Source: Octopus vulgaris (Eukaryota). From it: a DNA stretch of 64,000 nt. Below are positions 28,445 through 42,530 of this stretch, piece by piece; position 1 is the first letter of the stretch, and each line of letters opens with the position of its first letter. The notes beneath the pieces were generated by a model that was not told where the DNA came from, searched no databases, and saw nothing but the letters and a program-made list of their open reading frames with translations. The position numbers and the translations under genes are program-made. The stretch lies in contig OX597827.1 in the NCBI GenBank assembly GCA_951406725.2, forward strand, positions 41,850,001 to 41,914,000. The letters are read 5' to 3'.

Positions 28445-28790
28445 TTATCGCATGATGATACCATTGTAGCTCTACTTCCTTTCTCGTTGTGAACAGTTCT
28501 TTCCAGGGATTGGCTGGTTTCGGGAACCTTCTCAACTTTTTATGCGATCCCTGTACATTATGTCTAAAACGACTAAAATTTCATTTCAAATGCCTGTACC
28601 TTTCTCTGCATCTTTGCAAGGAGCGTTCATATTCCAGATGTGTAGTGCAAGATGGGATGTTCTTGTGCACGCAAGTGTCTCATTTTTGCTTTTTCAAAGA
28701 GAAGAGAATGCTTTGCCAGATCAATCAGCTCAGAACCTTATTTACGACACTCAGACAATTCTACCAACTCGGGGCTTATAACGGCAGTTT
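28445..28790 (-). pseudogene. Decayed RTE-clade LINE RT C-terminal fragment
   Basis: [42 protein letters not shown] with stops and frameshifts. Confidence 0.75.
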
Positions 28791-28829
28791 CTGACTTAGG
28801 AACATGGCGCACAGTTTTTGAAAGGACCT

Positions 28830-29221
28830 AGTTCTTGATATTTGATCAACCCCAAAGGAAGAACCGCAAAGTTAACTCTGGCATGATTTGAACTTAGAAC
28901 GCAAACAATCTAAATAATAGTAATAAAAGTACTAGTTTCAAATTTTAGCACAAGGCCAGCAATTTTTGGAGGAGGACCAAAGGGTCGATTACATAGATCT
29001 CGAAAAGATGAAAGGCAAAATCGGTCTGCAGTGGAATTTGAACTCAGAAGGCAAACAGGGGCAGAATGCCGCTAAATATTTTGCCCAGTGTGCTAACGAT
29101 TCTGCCAAATCGCCAACTTAATAATAATAATAAGAACAACATCAATAATAATAATGAAAATAAAAATAATAATAATGAAAATAAAAATAATAATAATGAA
29201 AATAAAAATAATATTAATGAA

Positions 29222-29269
<48 letters not shown>

Positions 29270-29548
29270 AATAATAATAATAATAGTAGTAATAATAATA
29301 ATAATGAAGATGATTATAATAATAATAATAATAATAATGATAATAATAATGATAATAATAATAATAGCACAAAGCCAGCAATTTCAAGGGGACGGGTTAG
29401 TCGTTTACTTCGACCCCAGTTCTTAAATGGTACTCGTTTTATCGACCCTGAAAGGATGAAAGGCAAAGGCGAACGCCGAATGTAAAGGGTCCGAAGAAAT
29501 ATTATTAAGAATTTTGTGCGACGCACTAATGTTCCTGCCAGCTCATCA
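28830..29548 (-). mobile_element. Three degenerate SINE family C pieces interleaved with (AAT)n/(GAT)n
   Basis: GCACAAGGCCAGCAATTT..GATGAAAGGCAAA..GAACTCAGAA..TGCTAACGATTCTGCCA. Confidence 0.7.
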
Positions 29549-29550
29549 CT

Positions 29551-29610
<60 letters not shown>

Positions 29611-29622
29611 GTAATGATGATG

Positions 29623-29679
<57 letters not shown>

Positions 29680-30092
29680 GTAATAACAATAATAATAATA
29701 ATAATAATAATGACAAGAAGAAAAATAACAAGAAGGAAAAGGAAACAAGAATGAAGACGAAAACAAGCAAAGGAAGATGAAGAAAAAGACAAAAGAAAAA
29801 GAAAAAGAGAAGAAGAAAAAAGAAAATACAGAAGAAAAAGAAAAAGAAGAAGAAGAAGAAAAGAAGAAGAAGAAGAAGAAGAAAAAGAAGAAGAAAAAAA
29901 AGAAGATGAAGAAACGAAGCTCTGATTAATTGGCATCACAATTTAACCAAGAACAATAAAAAATTGAATACAAAATGATACACAAAGATACGAGATAAAA
30001 TAATATTGTAAAAAGGCAAAAAAAACAAATCAAGAAAAATATAAAAGTACAGACACACACACACACACACACAGACAAAAAACCTCACAAAT

Positions 30093-30133
<41 letters not shown>

Positions 30134-30988
30134 AGAGAACGGAACAAACATCATTTATTGTGAATTCATTGAAGTTAAGGCGCATTAATGCAGGCTCCTG
30201 ATCAGATGCGTGACCGGTAAGGTGGTATGAGCAATTAATCTTCTTCTATATTGAGAGAGGACATTAAAGTATTAAAATCTTTCGGATTCAAGTTGGATGT
30301 TGAAAGTGAAAGTAGAACAAAAAATGGCGACACATAAAATACTTCTTTTCAAATCCTTCGAATGCTCGTGAGCGCACATATACACATTGGTGCTCTCTTT
30401 CTCTCTCTCCCCTTTCTATATATATATATATCCCTCTCTATCTCTCTACTTCTTTCCCACATACATATATATACACGCAAGCAAGCAAGCGAGCGAGCAA
30501 GCGAGCAAGCACACGTGTATCCATGCAAGGATACAAAAGTGCATAGTTAGCAGAAGTGCGTGTGACCGCGGGTATTTGGAAATTCGCTTCGTGATTCTGT
30601 GCGTAATTATGTGAGCTAGGACTGTGCAAGATCAGGCACACAACAGCAAGCAGACACACAGACACACAGTGCGCGCGCACACACACACACACGCACAGAC
30701 TCCAATACATATATTCACACAAACACATATTTGTGAAAAGAGGCACACAAGCGTATATATTTACATATCCATATACATACTCAAATACATATAAATATAC
30801 GTAAAATATGTATATATCTGTCTATCTATCTATATATGGATACAAAGATATGCTTGTGAATATAAACGTATTTATATATGTACATACGTACGTATCAATT
30901 ATCTTCATATATATACACATTTATATCACTGATATTTATATGTATTCATGTATGTATAATTGCATGTGTTTGTCGCCTATATCTAAAA

Positions 30989-31039
<51 letters not shown>

Positions 31040-31322
31040 ACTTTAAAATATATATATACACATTTGTATCACTGATATTTATATGCATTCATGTATGCAT
31101 TTATACATACATGAATACATATAAATATCAGTGATATAAATGTGTGTGTATATATATATATATCTGAAGATAATTGATACGTACGTATGTATGTATATAA
31201 ATATGTCTGTATATATATTAATGTATACAAAAATACGCATACATATGTTCATATATATATATATACGTATATATATGTGTGTGTGCGTGTGAATACATAC
31301 ATATATATATATATATATTCAT

Positions 31323-31356
<34 letters not shown>

Positions 31357-31367
31357 TGAAATATATA

Positions 31368-31441
<74 letters not shown>

Positions 31442-31621
31442 GTGTAGACACACACACATTCATATGAATTTGCATGTAAATACGTGCCTATGTATGTTGA
31501 TAAGTATGAACGATAAAGATCTATGGATGCGCCCGTTTAGGGAGATTTTGCAGAAAAGAAATAAAGGAGATTGGGAAGAGAAAAGAGGAAAAAGAAGAGA
31601 AAGAGGAGGAGGGGGAGGACA

Positions 31622-31808
31622 AAAAGAAGAAGAAGAAGAAGAAGAAGAAGAAGAAGAAGAAGAAGAAGAAGAAGAAGAAGAAGAAGAAGACGAAGACGAA
31701 GAAGAAAAAGAAGAAGAAGAAGAAGAAGAAGAAGAAGAAGAAGAAGAAGAAGAAGAAGAAGAAGAAGAAGAAGAAGAAGAAGAAGAAGAAGAAGAAGAAG
31801 AAGAAGAA
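31622..31808. repeat. (GAA)n purine tract, about 185 bp
   Basis: Direct inspection. Confidence 0.95.
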
Positions 31809-32243
31809 AAGGGTGACGAGAGTGAGGACGAAGACGTAGAAGTAGAAAAAAAAATAGTTTTAGGTGAGAAGACAAATTCGGATCAATAAACATAAACTAT
31901 TAATTTATATTCACTGATCGATAAAATTAGATTGAGAACGAGAAGGAAAAAAGGCAAAAACTAATCTCTGAATAATAAATAGATACACATATAGCATTTA
32001 GTCGAATTTAGCCACATATACAAGCATGCACACACATGCACACACACACACACACGCATAAACACACACAAACACACTAACGCACGAACACACACGCATC
32101 TACACAAACATGCATGCATGCATTCACGCATGCGTTTATATATACATATATATATATGTATATTTGTGTATGTATGTATGTATGTATGTATGTATGTATG
32201 TATGTATGGGTATGTGTATGTTTCGAAATACTGCACACGCCAG

Positions 32244-32304
<61 letters not shown>

Positions 32305-32387
32305 GCACACATGTATACCAAAGTATGTATGTTCTTTTACTTGTGCTGATCGCAAGCTCATTCACTCACTCACACACACACACACGC

Positions 32388-32419
<32 letters not shown>

Positions 32420-32555
32420 AACACGCACATGTATATTCACACTCGCCTTTGAGTATGTATGTAAGTATATATATGCATATATATTTGTATGTATGTATAT
32501 ATATGTATATATATATATGTATGCATATATGTATGTATGTACGTATGTACGTATG

Positions 32556-32609
<54 letters not shown>

Positions 32610-33029
32610 TATGTATAGAACATACACATATATATGACTGCCATAATTTTTAATTACCATTTAGTTTAATGGTGTGCTTGTCGATCCTAGATGTAATTGG
32701 ACTAAACTATGAGTTATCCCCGCAGTCGCGCACGCTAATACACAAGTACACACACACACACGCACGCACGCGCGCACGCACACACACACAGACATACGCA
32801 CACACGCACACATACGCACATACACATACGCACACACGCACACATACGCACACACACGTACACACACATACACAGACACAAACGCACACTCACGCACACA
32901 TACACAGACATATATGTTACTTTATTCCTCTGTTCCTTTTTCTTCTTTTCTTCTTTTTTCATCTCTCTTTTTCTCTTTTCTCTATTCCTCTCCTCCTGTT
33001 TTCGATTTGACCACATTCCCTACTTTTAG

Positions 33030-33400
33030 GTCACTTTAAATAATACCCTCGATTCAATAGCACTGTGTAAAAACTCTATACTTGGAATGACCAATTTTAA
33101 ATACTATTGGAACTTACTCACAAGTTATTGGAATCTTATATGTATGCCATTCTGCCTAAATAATGGATCTACAAATGCAACATCCCCGCATATCTCACAT
33201 CTATTTTCATTCCTACACTTTACTCTCTATTTCGTATCTTGTTTAAATCAACTATCGCTTAACCATTTTCTCACACCCTCTCCGATGAAGGGATATAATA
33301 AATACCCTGGAAACAGCTGTAAAACCTATTTATAAATGTTCTGAAATCTTCACAGCCTTGGTTTTTTATTTCATTCTGAAAAATATTTTTTATATATACA
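33030..33400 (+). mobile_element. Putative Penelope-like terminal fragment with HHR-like motif at 33276-33326
   Basis: CCGATGA-AGGG..CCCT-G-GAAA-CAGCTG-TA with palindromic ACAGCTGT; helix I poorly paired; boundaries approximate. Confidence 0.45.
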
Positions 33401-33439
33401 TTTTATATATTTCGATTCCCGGCATGGGAACGCATATTT

Positions 33440-33505
33440 TAATGGCGGTGCCCCAGCATGGCCACAGCTCGTGAGCTGAAACTAGATAAAATAAAATAAA
33501 ATAAA
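33440..33505 (+). mobile_element. Isolated LINE/SINE 3' tail
   Basis: GGCGGTGCCCCAGCATGGCCA-CAGCT-CGTG-AGCTG-AAAC followed by (TAAAA)n; same layout as the family A tail. Confidence 0.6.
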
Positions 33506-33674
33506 TACACATGCTGATATATGACCTACGTTGGATTCCTTATTCACATAATCACCGAACCTGGAGTTTAACTATGGTCTATCCATAGCTCATACTCAAC
33601 ATTACCTGACACCTTTGGGTCTTATTGACACCATTACCTCTCATAACCTCTCTCTCTATATATTCATTTTCAAA

Positions 33675-33870
33675 ATGTAACCACATGTGAATCGCTGGCG
33701 ATTTTTTTCCACCGTCACCTTTTTCTGTCTCCTGTTTCTGAGGAAGAGCTTTGCTCGGAACGTAAAAACCACCTTTCTTTCCTTCTCTGAGCGTCTGCTA
33801 ATACTTTACATGTACCATGTCCTAGCATTGTTGTTTTTTGTGTTTGTTCTTGTTTTTTTTTGGGGGGGGG
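33675..33870 (+). mobile_element. Putative Penelope-like terminal fragment with HHR-like motif at 33734-33770
   Basis: GTTT-CTGAGGA-A-GAGC-TTT-GCTC-GGAA-C-GTA-AAA; related to the 7689 and 44549 motifs, all followed by (CT/CC)GAGCG. Confidence 0.55.
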
Positions 33871-34046
33871 GGATTTACTATTATATACATATATATAACT
33901 TACTTGGAAAAGGATGCGTGGCGTTCGATCATATAATAATATAAATAATATATAAATATATGCATATTTAGATACATACGAACAAAGACCACATTTACAA
34001 TCACACACACGCTCACACATGAATATATTAATAAATGAAATCAAAC

Positions 34047-34392
34047 AATGATAAATCTCAGAGCGAGTTATAAACAGTAGCGGCAAAAGTATATGTATTT
34101 GTGAGGGGAACTGACTTCTCGTCGACAACTATGATTGTCACACACCGATGATAGGTCAATATCTTGAAACTCGAGTTCGTGTGTATCATGAGTTGAAGAC
34201 GGGAAGGATGACTTCCCTTCACAAATACTGATAGGACACAGAAAGTGTGTCTATAGCCAGCTGGAGGAGGTGTCTTCCTGGGGCTACAAACTACAGTAGC
34301 ATCCACCCTTAGGGGTTAGCCATATTCATATGGCAAATATACGTCACAATGTGTTGCCGCTACTGTTTATAACTCGCTCTGAGATTTATCAT

Positions 34393-34393
<1 letters not shown>
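34047..34393 (+). mobile_element. 347-bp foldback element with 40-bp perfect terminal inverted repeats and internal HHR-like motif
   Basis: 34047-34086 is the exact reverse complement of 34354-34393; nested stems 34095-34228; CCGATGA..GAAA-CTCGAG-TT at 34145-34177. Confidence 0.75.
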
Positions 34394-34436
<43 letters not shown>

Positions 34437-34650
34437 TATAGTTTTACGTAGCCGTCTCAGTACCTGACGTTCTCTCTCATGATCTTCGGATGCGAAGAAT
34501 GCCATCATCATCATCATCATCATCATCATATTATATGTATGTACATACGTTTTATGAATAATATAAGTTATGCATTTATATATGTATACGCATACACACG
34601 CGTTTCTTCGCTTTTTTCCCTAGATAGAGAGATAGATAAGTAGATAGATA

Positions 34651-35019
34651 ACCACATGGTTCAAGGTTGAGTCCCACTGCGTGGTAACTTGGGCAAGTGT
34701 CTTCAACTATTGCCTCGGGTCGACCAAAGTCTTGTGAGTGGATGTGGTAGACGGAAACTGAAAGAAGTCCGTCGTATTTATGTATATATATATATGTGTG
34801 TGTGTGTGTGTATATGTTTGTGTGTCTGTCTTTGTCCCCCCAATATCGCTTGACAACCGATGCTGGTGAGTTTACGTCCCCATAACTTAACGGTTCGGCA
34901 AAAGTGGCCGATAGAATAAGTACTAGGCTTCCAAAGAATAAGTCCTGAGATCGATTTGCTCGACTAAAAGCAGTGCTCCAGCATGGCCACAGTCAAATGA
35001 CTGAAACAAGTAAAAGAGT
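34651..35019 (+). mobile_element. SINE family A (head partly lost)
   Basis: Homology to 621-1033; tail runs into (GATA)n. Confidence 0.85.
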
Positions 35020-35071
35020 ATATAGATAAATGGATAGATAGATAGACAGACTGACAGACAGACAGACAGAC

Positions 35072-35139
<68 letters not shown>

Positions 35140-35191
35140 GGATGGATGGATAGATAGATGGATAGATAGATAGACAGATAGACAGACAGAC

Positions 35192-35250
<59 letters not shown>

Positions 35251-35497
35251 GAGATAGATGAATAGATAGATAGACAGACAGATAGATAGAGAGACAGTTA
35301 GATAGATATATGATAGTATTCAAATTCCAAAGGTGTTTAATTGAAGGCAAAAACTTTACAAGCTGTGAAGTTATAGAACATCAATAAAACGTATGTATAA
35401 ACACACAAACACACACTCACGTATGTATATATGTGTACTTAAGCGGAAACCTGTATACGCACGTATACATACATACATACATACATACATACATACA

Positions 35498-35543
<46 letters not shown>

Positions 35544-35615
35544 AATACATTTCTATTTCTTTAATTTATAGTTACGTTCACTTACGTATATATACATACA
35601 TATGTATGTTATATA

Positions 35616-35646
<31 letters not shown>

Positions 35647-35676
35647 CCATCACATGCATACATACACACATATACA

Positions 35677-35743
<67 letters not shown>

Positions 35744-36031
35744 GCATGCCTTGGAAAATTTTCAGTGTTAGCCATTAAATAAAGACACTTTGGTATGTTC
35801 CTGGCACTAAAACTTTACGATCATGTGACATAAATTTATGTTTATTGTTCACGTGGCATCAATCTATATTTACTTCAAGAGCGCTAAAGAGGCCATTCCG
35901 TTACGTATAGTAAAACGAATACGCATCGCAAGGGCAGATGTTAGAATGAAACGTAGGTTATACATAAAAATTGTACTTCAACGTCTATATATTTGAATGT
36001 ATATATCATACATATATATCTATCTGTATCT

Positions 36032-36151
<120 letters not shown>

Positions 36152-36221
36152 CACAGGCATTTATATATATATATATATATATATATAATTATGTATATGT
36201 GTGTATGTATGCATGTGGTGG

Positions 36222-36258
<37 letters not shown>

Positions 36259-36319
36259 CATGTATACGTGTGTGTGTGTGCGTGTGTGAGCTTGTGGAGT
36301 ATGTGTGTATATATATATA

Positions 36320-36357
<38 letters not shown>

Positions 36358-36757
36358 CACGTATGTCTATATATATGTTTTGGGCAATTTATAGAAAACA
36401 ATGAAACTGATGGTTAGATCGTATAGATTTAATAGAGCCAAACTTATTAAAATGTTGTGTTCAATGGAAAGTTTCGCCTTATCATCCAGATCAACCAGGC
36501 AACTAGCTGATCAAGACGATAAAGCAAAACTTGCAGTCCCAGTGAACATAGCACACAGAAACACACACACAGATACACACACTCACGTACGTACACACAC
36601 ATACAAACACACACGCACACATATATATATATATATGAATATATTTATGTATATACATAAATGTATATATACAGTATATACACGCACACATATATATATA
36701 CTCATATGTAAACACATACTCGCACTCATACACACAAACACGCAAACACACTCTCAT

Positions 36758-36802
<45 letters not shown>

Positions 36803-38006
36803 TCGTTTTAACTTGGAAAGTTGTTCGCAAACGTACCGTAAAAACGATTAGTCAAATATACTTAGTCCTATAACATTTGATGATTGCCGAAAGATATGGC
36901 TGAAAATACATCACGCATTCATATATTCATGGCCTTGCAGCGAAAATGTTTTATTTCTCATATATCCACATGCGAAAACTCGTAATGTCTTTCATTTCTT
37001 TCGTACCATGTGACTAAAACACACAAAATACACGTAAGCGGTCTTACGTATGAGTTTTACTGCTGACGAATAAATGTATTTTGTATGGTGAATACTCTGT
37101 GTTTTCACCCGCTGATCGTTTGCGATTACCTATTGGATAGCTTTGGAATTATAACGTTTTGCCCCAAATTGCAAAATATTGTTCGAGAAACAATGATTTC
37201 AGCCTCTGAAAATTCATTTAAAGTAGGGTGTGTTCTACAATTGACCAATCCAAATTTCTTAATTTAGTCATCTTTTAAACTTCAGATTCATTTTGGTAGT
37301 ATGGGCGTATGTCATTCTTTTGAGCGTCTTACACGGTGACCTACATAACTTTTTGTTTCAGTCAGCTGTAAGGGAGATTTAAGCTACATAAACTAATACC
37401 TTAGAAAGATGCAGAGCATTAATAGATGCGTACATTTAGGAGTATAGCTTTGTAGTATTTGGAAAGCTTCTTTCTATTCTGGCTATGAAAGCAAACTATA
37501 CTTCAGGTGCCACTGTAGCTCTCATTAATACTATTTTTATTAAAGATAGTATTATATTTATGGTCTGTAGGGAAATGCTTCTAAGGTTTAAAAATATTTT
37601 TGTAATGTTAGAACGAATAATTAAACTAAAGATGGAATTGTACCCTATAGTATTTCGTTTTCTATTTTTGTTTCTGAATATTAACTGTTTTCCTGTATGT
37701 AATGCCATACAGGAAGTGCTCTTTAAATGCTCGGTTAAACCACACTTTGCATACACACATGCAAGCATACATACATGTACACATACCTACATGCATCTAT
37801 ATGTATATATACACATCATAATGTATGCATATGTTTCTACATAAACATATACATACAAACAGAAATGCACACACACACGCACATTCATAGACACACACAC
37901 ACACACACACACACATTTTTAAACTGAGAAGTTGAGCAGAGCATTTTAAAGAGTAACATTACATACAAAACAACAGTATATTTTTGTAAACGCAAAAGTA
38001 CAAAAT

Positions 38007-38400
38007 GTTTCAGCCATTTGACTGCGGCCATGCTGGAGCACTATCTTTAGTCGAACAAATCAACCCCAAGACTTATTCTTTGTAAGCCTTGTACTTATTA
38101 TATCGGTCACTTTTGCCGAACCGCTAAGTTACGGGGACGTAAACACACCAGCACCGGTTGTCAAGTGATGTTGATGCGACAAACACAGACACACAGACAC
38201 ACAGACACACACACACACACACATATACATATATACGACGGGTTTCTTTCAGTTTCCGTCTACCAAATACACTCACAAGCCTTTGGTCAGCCCGAGGCTA
38301 TAGTAGAAGACACTTGTTTAAAGTGCCACGCGGTAGGAATGAACACGGAACCATGTGGTTGGTAAGCAAGCTACTTACCACACAGCCACTCTTGCGCCTA
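38007..38400 (-). mobile_element. SINE family A, near full length
   Basis: Reverse complement of 621-1033. Confidence 0.85.
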
Positions 38401-39315
38401 TGAAGAAAGAATGAACAACCTTAATCAATTTTCAGACCTTAGTGGTTTCTCATCATGAATGACTACATCACTTGACCAATCCTGTCCAGTTTTTTTTTTA
38501 TTTAGTTTAAATTCTCGTTCTAATGTTTCCAGGCTTTTCCTATTTCTAATTAATAATCATTTTCTTATAGACCATAGATAAAAGCTACTCTGTATCAATG
38601 CTTTGTACGTTCGAAAAGAAATTTTTCCTCATCATCATATCTAAGTGAATGAAGGCGGCGACAATTTTGTAGATTATATTGATAGAGCCGTATCGGCACC
38701 TCAACTTTTAATTCGGACCATTTTGAACCATATTTTTGTGTACGTGCGGTTGCTCTCGTATTCCTCCAAAATCTCTAAAATTAAGTTTATTCCAGGAAGC
38801 ACATTTTTTGATGTCCTTTTAATTAGTCTTTTCCCTAAATACTTCCATAGGAGTACATATTCCTCGGAGAATCAATTACCCGTGGATATTTTTATAACCT
38901 CTTCTTAGTCAAGGCAGAATACTTCTACCATTTCGTAATGTCTTCTTAGCAGCCATTCTGATCCCTATTTATCCTTCAATCATTTCTCTGCTTTCGCTGT
39001 GTTGGGTTATTAACCATTCTGCATTTCCTAATAATGTATTTTATAGATAAGAGTTATTTTCATTTTCTTTCTCTCTCTTCCTGGGGCAGGAGAGTTAGGT
39101 CTGTCCTCGCTAAGCAGTACCGGTGCCTTAAAATGAACTCTGCCTTTATCATCCGATTCTAAATTAATCCGCACACGTTTACAATACACTAGGAAACGCC
39201 GAGCCTGACTTTAAGGCTTTCGTAATTGATGATTTGATGCTGCAGTTGTGGCTGTTACTGTTGTTGTTGTTGTTTTTATTGCTGACATTTGTGTCGTTGC
39301 TGTTGTCTTCTTCTA

Positions 39316-39975
39316 ATCAGGACTCACGCCATTAGCAACAAAGAACAATCTCTAATTCGAGCCTACTCTAAGCTACAAAGAATGCGTGTGTTATCCTCGT
39401 TGTTATCCTCATTCCGTAAACGGTGGCTTTTTAACGGGTGGGGAGCTGAACCATCCTGGGGTACAGAGGATTCGCAATCTAGACTAGGGTCTGAAAGTTT
39501 ACCACACCATAGTGGGTTACACTGTGGTTCCTCTGCTTTGTGGCAGAAGTAGGAAGAAAGAGTGAGAGAAAGTTGTGGTGAAAGAATACAGCGGGATTCA
39601 CCACCCCTCCCCCGCCGGGGCCTCGTGGAGCTTAGGTGTTTTTGCTCAATAAACACTCACAATGCCCGGTCTGAGAATCGAAGTCACGTTCTTACGACCA
39701 TTGCGCCTCCACCGTTGCTATTTTCTTCTTCTTCTTCTTCTTCTTCTTCTTCTTCTTCTTCTTCTTCTTCTTCTTCTTCTTCTTCTTCTTCTTCTTCTTC
39801 TTCTTCTTCTTCTTTCCCATCAGGACTCACGCCATTAGCCACAAGGAGCATCGTGGAACTTAGGTGTTTTTGCTCAATAAACACTCACAATGCGTGTCTG
39901 GGAATCTAAACCGCGTTCTTACGACCGCGAGTCCTCTGCCCTGACCACTGGGCCATTGTGCCTCCACCGCTGCTG
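39316..39975 (-). mobile_element. Two tandem family B-related SINE copies separated by (TTC)n
   Basis: Both begin ATCAGGACTCACGCCATTAGC and end CCTCCACCG; shared CTTAGGTGTTTTTGCTCAATAAACAC. Confidence 0.7.
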
Positions 39976-40096
39976 TTGTTGTTATCGTTAGTATTACTGC
40001 TGATGGTGGGGATGGCTATGATAGTTTGAGTGATTGATTCTGTTGTTGGCTTCGTCGTTGCTTTTGGTTTTATTCATGTTGACATTGTCTCAGATA

Positions 40097-40324
40097 TATT
40101 TCTTTACTACCCACAAGGGGCTAAACACAGAGGGGACAAACAAGGACAGACAAAGGGATTAAGTCGATTATATCGACCCCAATGCGCAACTGGTACTTAA
40201 TTTATCGACCCCGAGAGGATGAAAGGCTAAGTCGACCTCGGCGGAATTTGAGCCCAGGACGTAGCGGTAGACGAAATACGGCTACGCATTTCGCCCGGCG
40301 TGCTAACGAGTCTACCAGCTCGCC
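40097..40324 (-). mobile_element. SINE family C with 16-bp target-site duplication
   Basis: GACATTGTCTCAGATA at 40081-40096 and 40325-40340. Confidence 0.9.
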
Positions 40325-40449
40325 GACATTGTCTCAGATAGCAAGTGTTTCATTGTGCTTAAGTTTCAGCAACCGTTGAGTGGTATTCCCTTCCAGCAGG
40401 ACTGGCTTTTGATTGGCTGGACGACTCAGCAATAGTGAATTTAAATTTC

Positions 40450-40864
40450 AATGATAATAATGATGGTGTTGTTGTTGTTGTTTGTGGTGGCGGCAGTGGC
40501 GAGGATAAATTATGTGATAGCAGAGATAACTTTGATGACGAAAACTTTGACAAGAATGACGACGACGTTGATGATGATGATGATGATGGTGATGATGATG
40601 GTGATGATGATGATGATGATGATGATGATGACGATGATGATGATGATAGACGACGACGACGACGATGATAACGACATCGACGATGATGATGATGATGATG
40701 ATGACAACGACGACGAAGACAACAATGATGATGATGATGATGATGATGATAATGATGCTGATGATGATGAGGATGATGTTGATGATGGATGACGATGACG
40801 ACGACGATGATGATGATGACAACGACGACGAAGACAATGATGAAAATGGAGATGGTAATGGTGT

Positions 40865-40904
<40 letters not shown>

Positions 40905-40907
40905 GAA

Positions 40908-40965
<58 letters not shown>

Positions 40966-41190
40966 ATGGTGATGATGACGATGATGACGACGACGATGAT
41001 GATGCGTATGATGATGAAGATAATTTAGATGTTTAGGATATTGGTTAATACTGTCGACGATGACGGCGATGTCGGCGATGACTGAAAGGAAGACTACGAT
41101 GACGACGAGGATTCTGATGATTTCGATGCTGCTGTTAATGATGATAAAGATGGCAACCATCATGATAATAATGTTAATGATGGAGGTGAT
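40450..41190. repeat. Degenerate (GAT/GAC)n trinucleotide tract
   Basis: Direct inspection. Confidence 0.9.
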
Positions 41191-41311
41191 AAGAAAGAAA
41201 ATTAAAATCTTATCAGTTTTAGTAATTTTCATTTTAAAGAACAGTAATAATAATAATAATAAAAGGTAACATCAAAAGCAACAAGCATTACAAGAATTTA
41301 AACAATAAAAA

Positions 41312-41918
41312 GGCGCTGGCAGAAACGTTAGCACGCCGGGTGAAATACTTGGCGGTATTTCGTCTGCCGTTATGTTCTGAGTTCAAATTCACCCGAGGTC
41401 GACTTTGCCTTTCATCCTTTCGGGATCGATTAAATAAGTACCAGTTACGCACTGGGGTCGATATAATCGACATAATCGGTTGGTCTGTTCCTGTTTGTCC
41501 TCTCTGTGTTTAGCCCCTTGGGTAGTGAAGAAATAGATATTTCTTCTGTCTTTACGATCTGAGTTCAAATTCCGCCGAGGTCGACTTTGCCTTTCAATCT
41601 TTCAGGGTCGATAAATTAAATACCAGATGTGTGCAGGAGTTGATCTAATCGATTGGCCCCTTCCCCCAAATTTCAGGCCCTGTACTTAGAGTAGAAAAGA
41701 ATTAAAATAATAAGAGTAATATTGGTTTCAAACTTTAGCACAAGGCCAGCAATTTCGGGGAAGGGGACCCCAGTACTCCACTAGTACTTACTTTTACGAC
41801 ACTGTAAGGATGACAGGCAGAGTCGACCCCGACGGAATTTGTACCCAGAACGTTAAGACGGAGAAAATGCCGCTAAGCATTTCGTCCGGCGTGCTAACGT
41901 TTCAGCCAGCTCGCCGCC
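41312..41918. mobile_element. SINE family C dimer (+, 41312-41703) tail-to-tail with a minus copy (41720-41918)
   Basis: Homology to other family C copies. Confidence 0.8.
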
Positions 41919-42068
41919 TGACACTAAGAAATATATTCCAAAGCAGAAGATAAAATAAAATATCAAAGTACTAGAATGGTGACTGCAATAAAAATAACAA
42001 AAATATTGGTTTCAGACCTCGGCACAAAGCCAGCAATTTCGTTGGTGGAAGGTAAGCCGATGTGTATT

Positions 42069-42265
42069 GGCACATGGTCTACTGGTTAGAGCAGCGGACT
42101 CACGGGTTTGAATCTCAGACCAGGCGATGTGTGTGTGTTTATGAGTGAAACACCTAAGCTCCACGCGGCTCCGGCAGAAGTTAATGGTGAATTTCTGCTG
42201 ACATTTTCGCGAAAACTTTCTCTCACTCTTTCCTCCTGCATCTAGCAGTTCACCTGCGACGGACT
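42069..42265 (+). mobile_element. SINE family B
   Basis: Homology to 1298-1540. Confidence 0.8.
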
Positions 42266-42319
42266 ATTTGTCTGTCTATTTATCTATCTATCTGTCTGTC
42301 TATCTACCTACCTACCTAC

Positions 42320-42438
<119 letters not shown>

Positions 42439-42443
42439 CCTTT

Positions 42444-42530
<87 letters not shown>

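Noticed and set aside
30193-30215. Possible 23-nt microexon (CAG..GTAAGG)
   Set aside because: No polypyrimidine tract and no neighbouring exon evidence
38430-39200. Possible decayed LINE ORF1 on the minus strand
   Set aside because: Many stops and no motif I can identify confidently
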